56,363 nucleotides of DNA from Thermoplasmata archaeon (lineage in GTDB: Archaea; Thermoplasmatota; Thermoplasmata; Lutacidiplasmatales; UBA184). A model generated the notes under the pieces. The model was given only the letters and a program-made list of their open reading frames with translations, made no database searches and was not told the origin of the DNA. The translations under genes were made by a program, and so were the position numbers. The stretch spans positions 1 through 56,363 of the forward strand of contig DATGZQ010000023.1 in the NCBI GenBank assembly GCA_035297125.1. Direction: 5' to 3'. Below, in pieces: positions 55,072 through 56,363 of this stretch. Within the stretch, counting starts at the first letter, position 1. Every line of letters starts with the position of its first letter.

Positions 55072-56225
55072 GGTCCCGATCCTGACGTGGGCCCGCTCGT
55101 CTCGGTAGTCGGGAACGGAGGTTTCGTCGGAGCGAACCCGATGTCCTCGTAGTGCTTGTACCGGTAGATGACCATCGCGATCAGCCAGGCGCCGATGAAG
55201 AGCGCCACAATCCCGAACCCGAGCGTCTCGAAGTCCAGGCCATCCAGCCAGCTCCAGAAGACCCCGCCCCACCCGAACTCCCCGGAGATCACCTGGAGCA
55301 GTTCGACCCCGCCGATGGCGAACGCCACCATGACCGAGATCACCGTCAGAGTGAGGTTGTAGTAGATCTTCCGGATCGGGCGAAGGAACGCCCACCCGTA
55401 GGCGTAGCGCATCGAGAACCCGTCGCTGGTGTCCGAGAGGACCATCCCGCAGGTGAACAGCAGCGGAAGAATCAGTACCGCCCAGAGCGGGAACGCGCCC
55501 GTGAACGCAAGGCCGGTGGCGAGCGCGATGAGGATAACCTCGGTCGCGGTGTCAAAACCCAGCCCGAACAGGACCCCTATGGGATAGATCTGCCACGGTT
55601 CGTTGACGACTCGGAAGAGCTTCCCGAAATACCGGTACAGGAACCCCCGCTTCTCCATCTGTTCGTCGAGGGCCTTCTGGTCGAGCTCCCCGTCGCGCAG
55701 CCCCTTGAAGATCCGATAGACCTCGAGGACGATGACCATGTTCACGAGGCCGATGACCACCAGGAAGACGCCGGAGATCAGCGTCCCGAGGATCGCGCCG
55801 ACGCTCGCGAAGTTCGCGATCTGGGTCTTGATGAAGTCGAACGCGACCACCAGCGCAAGGATCATCACGCAGACGATGGTCGAGTGGCCCAGCGAAAACC
55901 AGGTCCCCACGGTCAGCGGGCGTTTCCCGTCGTTCAGGAGCTTCCGTGTCGTGTTGTCGATGGCCGCGATGTGGTCCGCGTCAAAGCCGTGGCGCAGCCC
56001 GAGAACGTAAGCGGTGATCGCCAGCCCGGTGAAGATCAAGCCGCCCGGGACAACCTCTCCCGCAACGTGGTGGGGCAGGAACCGGAAGGCCGCTAGGAAG
56101 GAGATCAGTGTGACCCCGAGGATGGCTGCATACAGCAGCCCCATCGTAAGCTTCTCGCGTGGGGTGAGGTTGAGATCACCGGGGCCGGGCGCTGGGCCCA
56201 CGGCACCCGACTTGGCGCCCGCCAT
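55068..56225 (-). CDS. High-affinity Ni/Co permease (NiCoT, HoxN/NixA family)
   Basis: Signature GLRHGFDADHIAAIDNTTRK, FSLGHST, LFGLGFDTATE, LSDTSDG, RKIYYNLT. Confidence 0.95.
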   Translation of the reverse strand: MAGAKSGAVGPAPGPGDLNLTPREKLTMGLLYAAILGVTLISFLAAFRFLPHHVAGEVVPGGLIFTGLAITAYVLGLRHGFDADHIAAIDNTTRKLLNDGKRPLTVGTWFSLGHSTIVCVMILALVVAFDFIKTQIANFASVGAILGTLISGVFLVVIGLVNMVIVLEVYRIFKGLRDGELDQKALDEQMEKRGFLYRYFGKLFRVVNEPWQIYPIGVLFGLGFDTATEVILIALATGLAFTGAFPLWAVLILPLLFTCGMVLSDTSDGFSMRYAYGWAFLRPIRKIYYNLTLTVISVMVAFAIGGVELLQVISGEFGWGGVFWSWLDGLDFETLGFGIVALFIGAWLIAMVIYRYKHYEDIGFAPTKPPFPTTETSGPTSGSGP

Positions 56226-56248
56226 CCACGCGGCCCACTCCGGTGGGG

Positions 56249-56285
56249 GTTATAGTCTTATGTTGTATTTCAAAAACGTAATAAC
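56249..56285 (-). promoter_or_regulatory. NiCoT promoter (TATA) within an AT-rich patch, candidate NikR operator
   Basis: CTATAA lies 25 nt above the ATG; the 37-bp AT-rich stretch has imperfect dyads (GTTAT...ATAAC; TTATG-N14-CGTAA). Confidence 0.55.
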
Positions 56286-56363
56286 TCGTCCGCCCGGGAG
56301 TTCGGTTGCCCGTGACGAACGAACGGCCTTGACGGGGACCCCGGTCTCGGTCGGTGCGTCCTT

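Noticed and set aside
180-56096. Many long alternative ORFs in the track (for example 180-1595+, 2935-4839+, 14396-16210-, 39349-40332+, 45003-46712-, 47143-48537+)
   Set aside because: They are antisense or off-frame shadows of well-supported genes, with Arg/Gly/Pro-rich or mirror composition typical of very high GC3 DNA and no family motifs.
1-56363. CRISPR array, IS/transposase, integrase, prophage or defence island
   Set aside because: No regularly spaced repeats or such protein motifs were seen by eye, and composition looks uniform. Weak or degenerate cases could be missed without tools.

Overview
Gene-dense, very GC-rich (roughly 70% by eye) archaeal chromosome segment, most likely Thermoplasmata (inference from Rpo6, L40e, Pcc1, archease, DGGGPL reductase, type II IleRS, a stand-alone 5S rRNA, tricorn-factor-like peptidases and TATA-box promoters). 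I support about 62 CDS, 3 tRNAs (Gly-CCC, Gly-GCC, intron-containing Tyr-GUA) and one 5S rRNA. Left to right: a type IV pilus-like locus with two ATPases, two platform proteins and a large pilin; a nucleotide cluster (adk, pyrH, rpiA, PRTase); a crotonase plus short BoxB-like diiron enzyme; a P-loop kinase coupled to a mevalonate-pathway decarboxylase; an M1 aminopeptidase; an nfo-transketolase-transaldolase-DUF357-translin-MTAP run; rpoK; a Cys-less HesB-DUF59 fusion; trmI; a MoxR/DUF58/DUF4129 module; serA plus aminotransferase; archease; ileS; a YhbE/F-type bactofilin; fused ETF; GGR plus ferredoxin; trxB; an ABC exporter; an MTHFR-like protein; and a NiCoT-nikR-degenerate M29 operon. I saw no CRISPR array, transposase, integrase or prophage. 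Most long ORFs in the supplied track are GC-driven shadow frames. Best leads: a miniature Box-like aryl-CoA epoxidation pair, a candidate new phosphomevalonate-type kinase with a CUG-start or frameshift junction to the decarboxylase, an archease gene that appears to start at ACG exactly at the leaderless position, and several apparent pseudo-enzymes. All family assignments come from motif recognition by eye; no database search was run.
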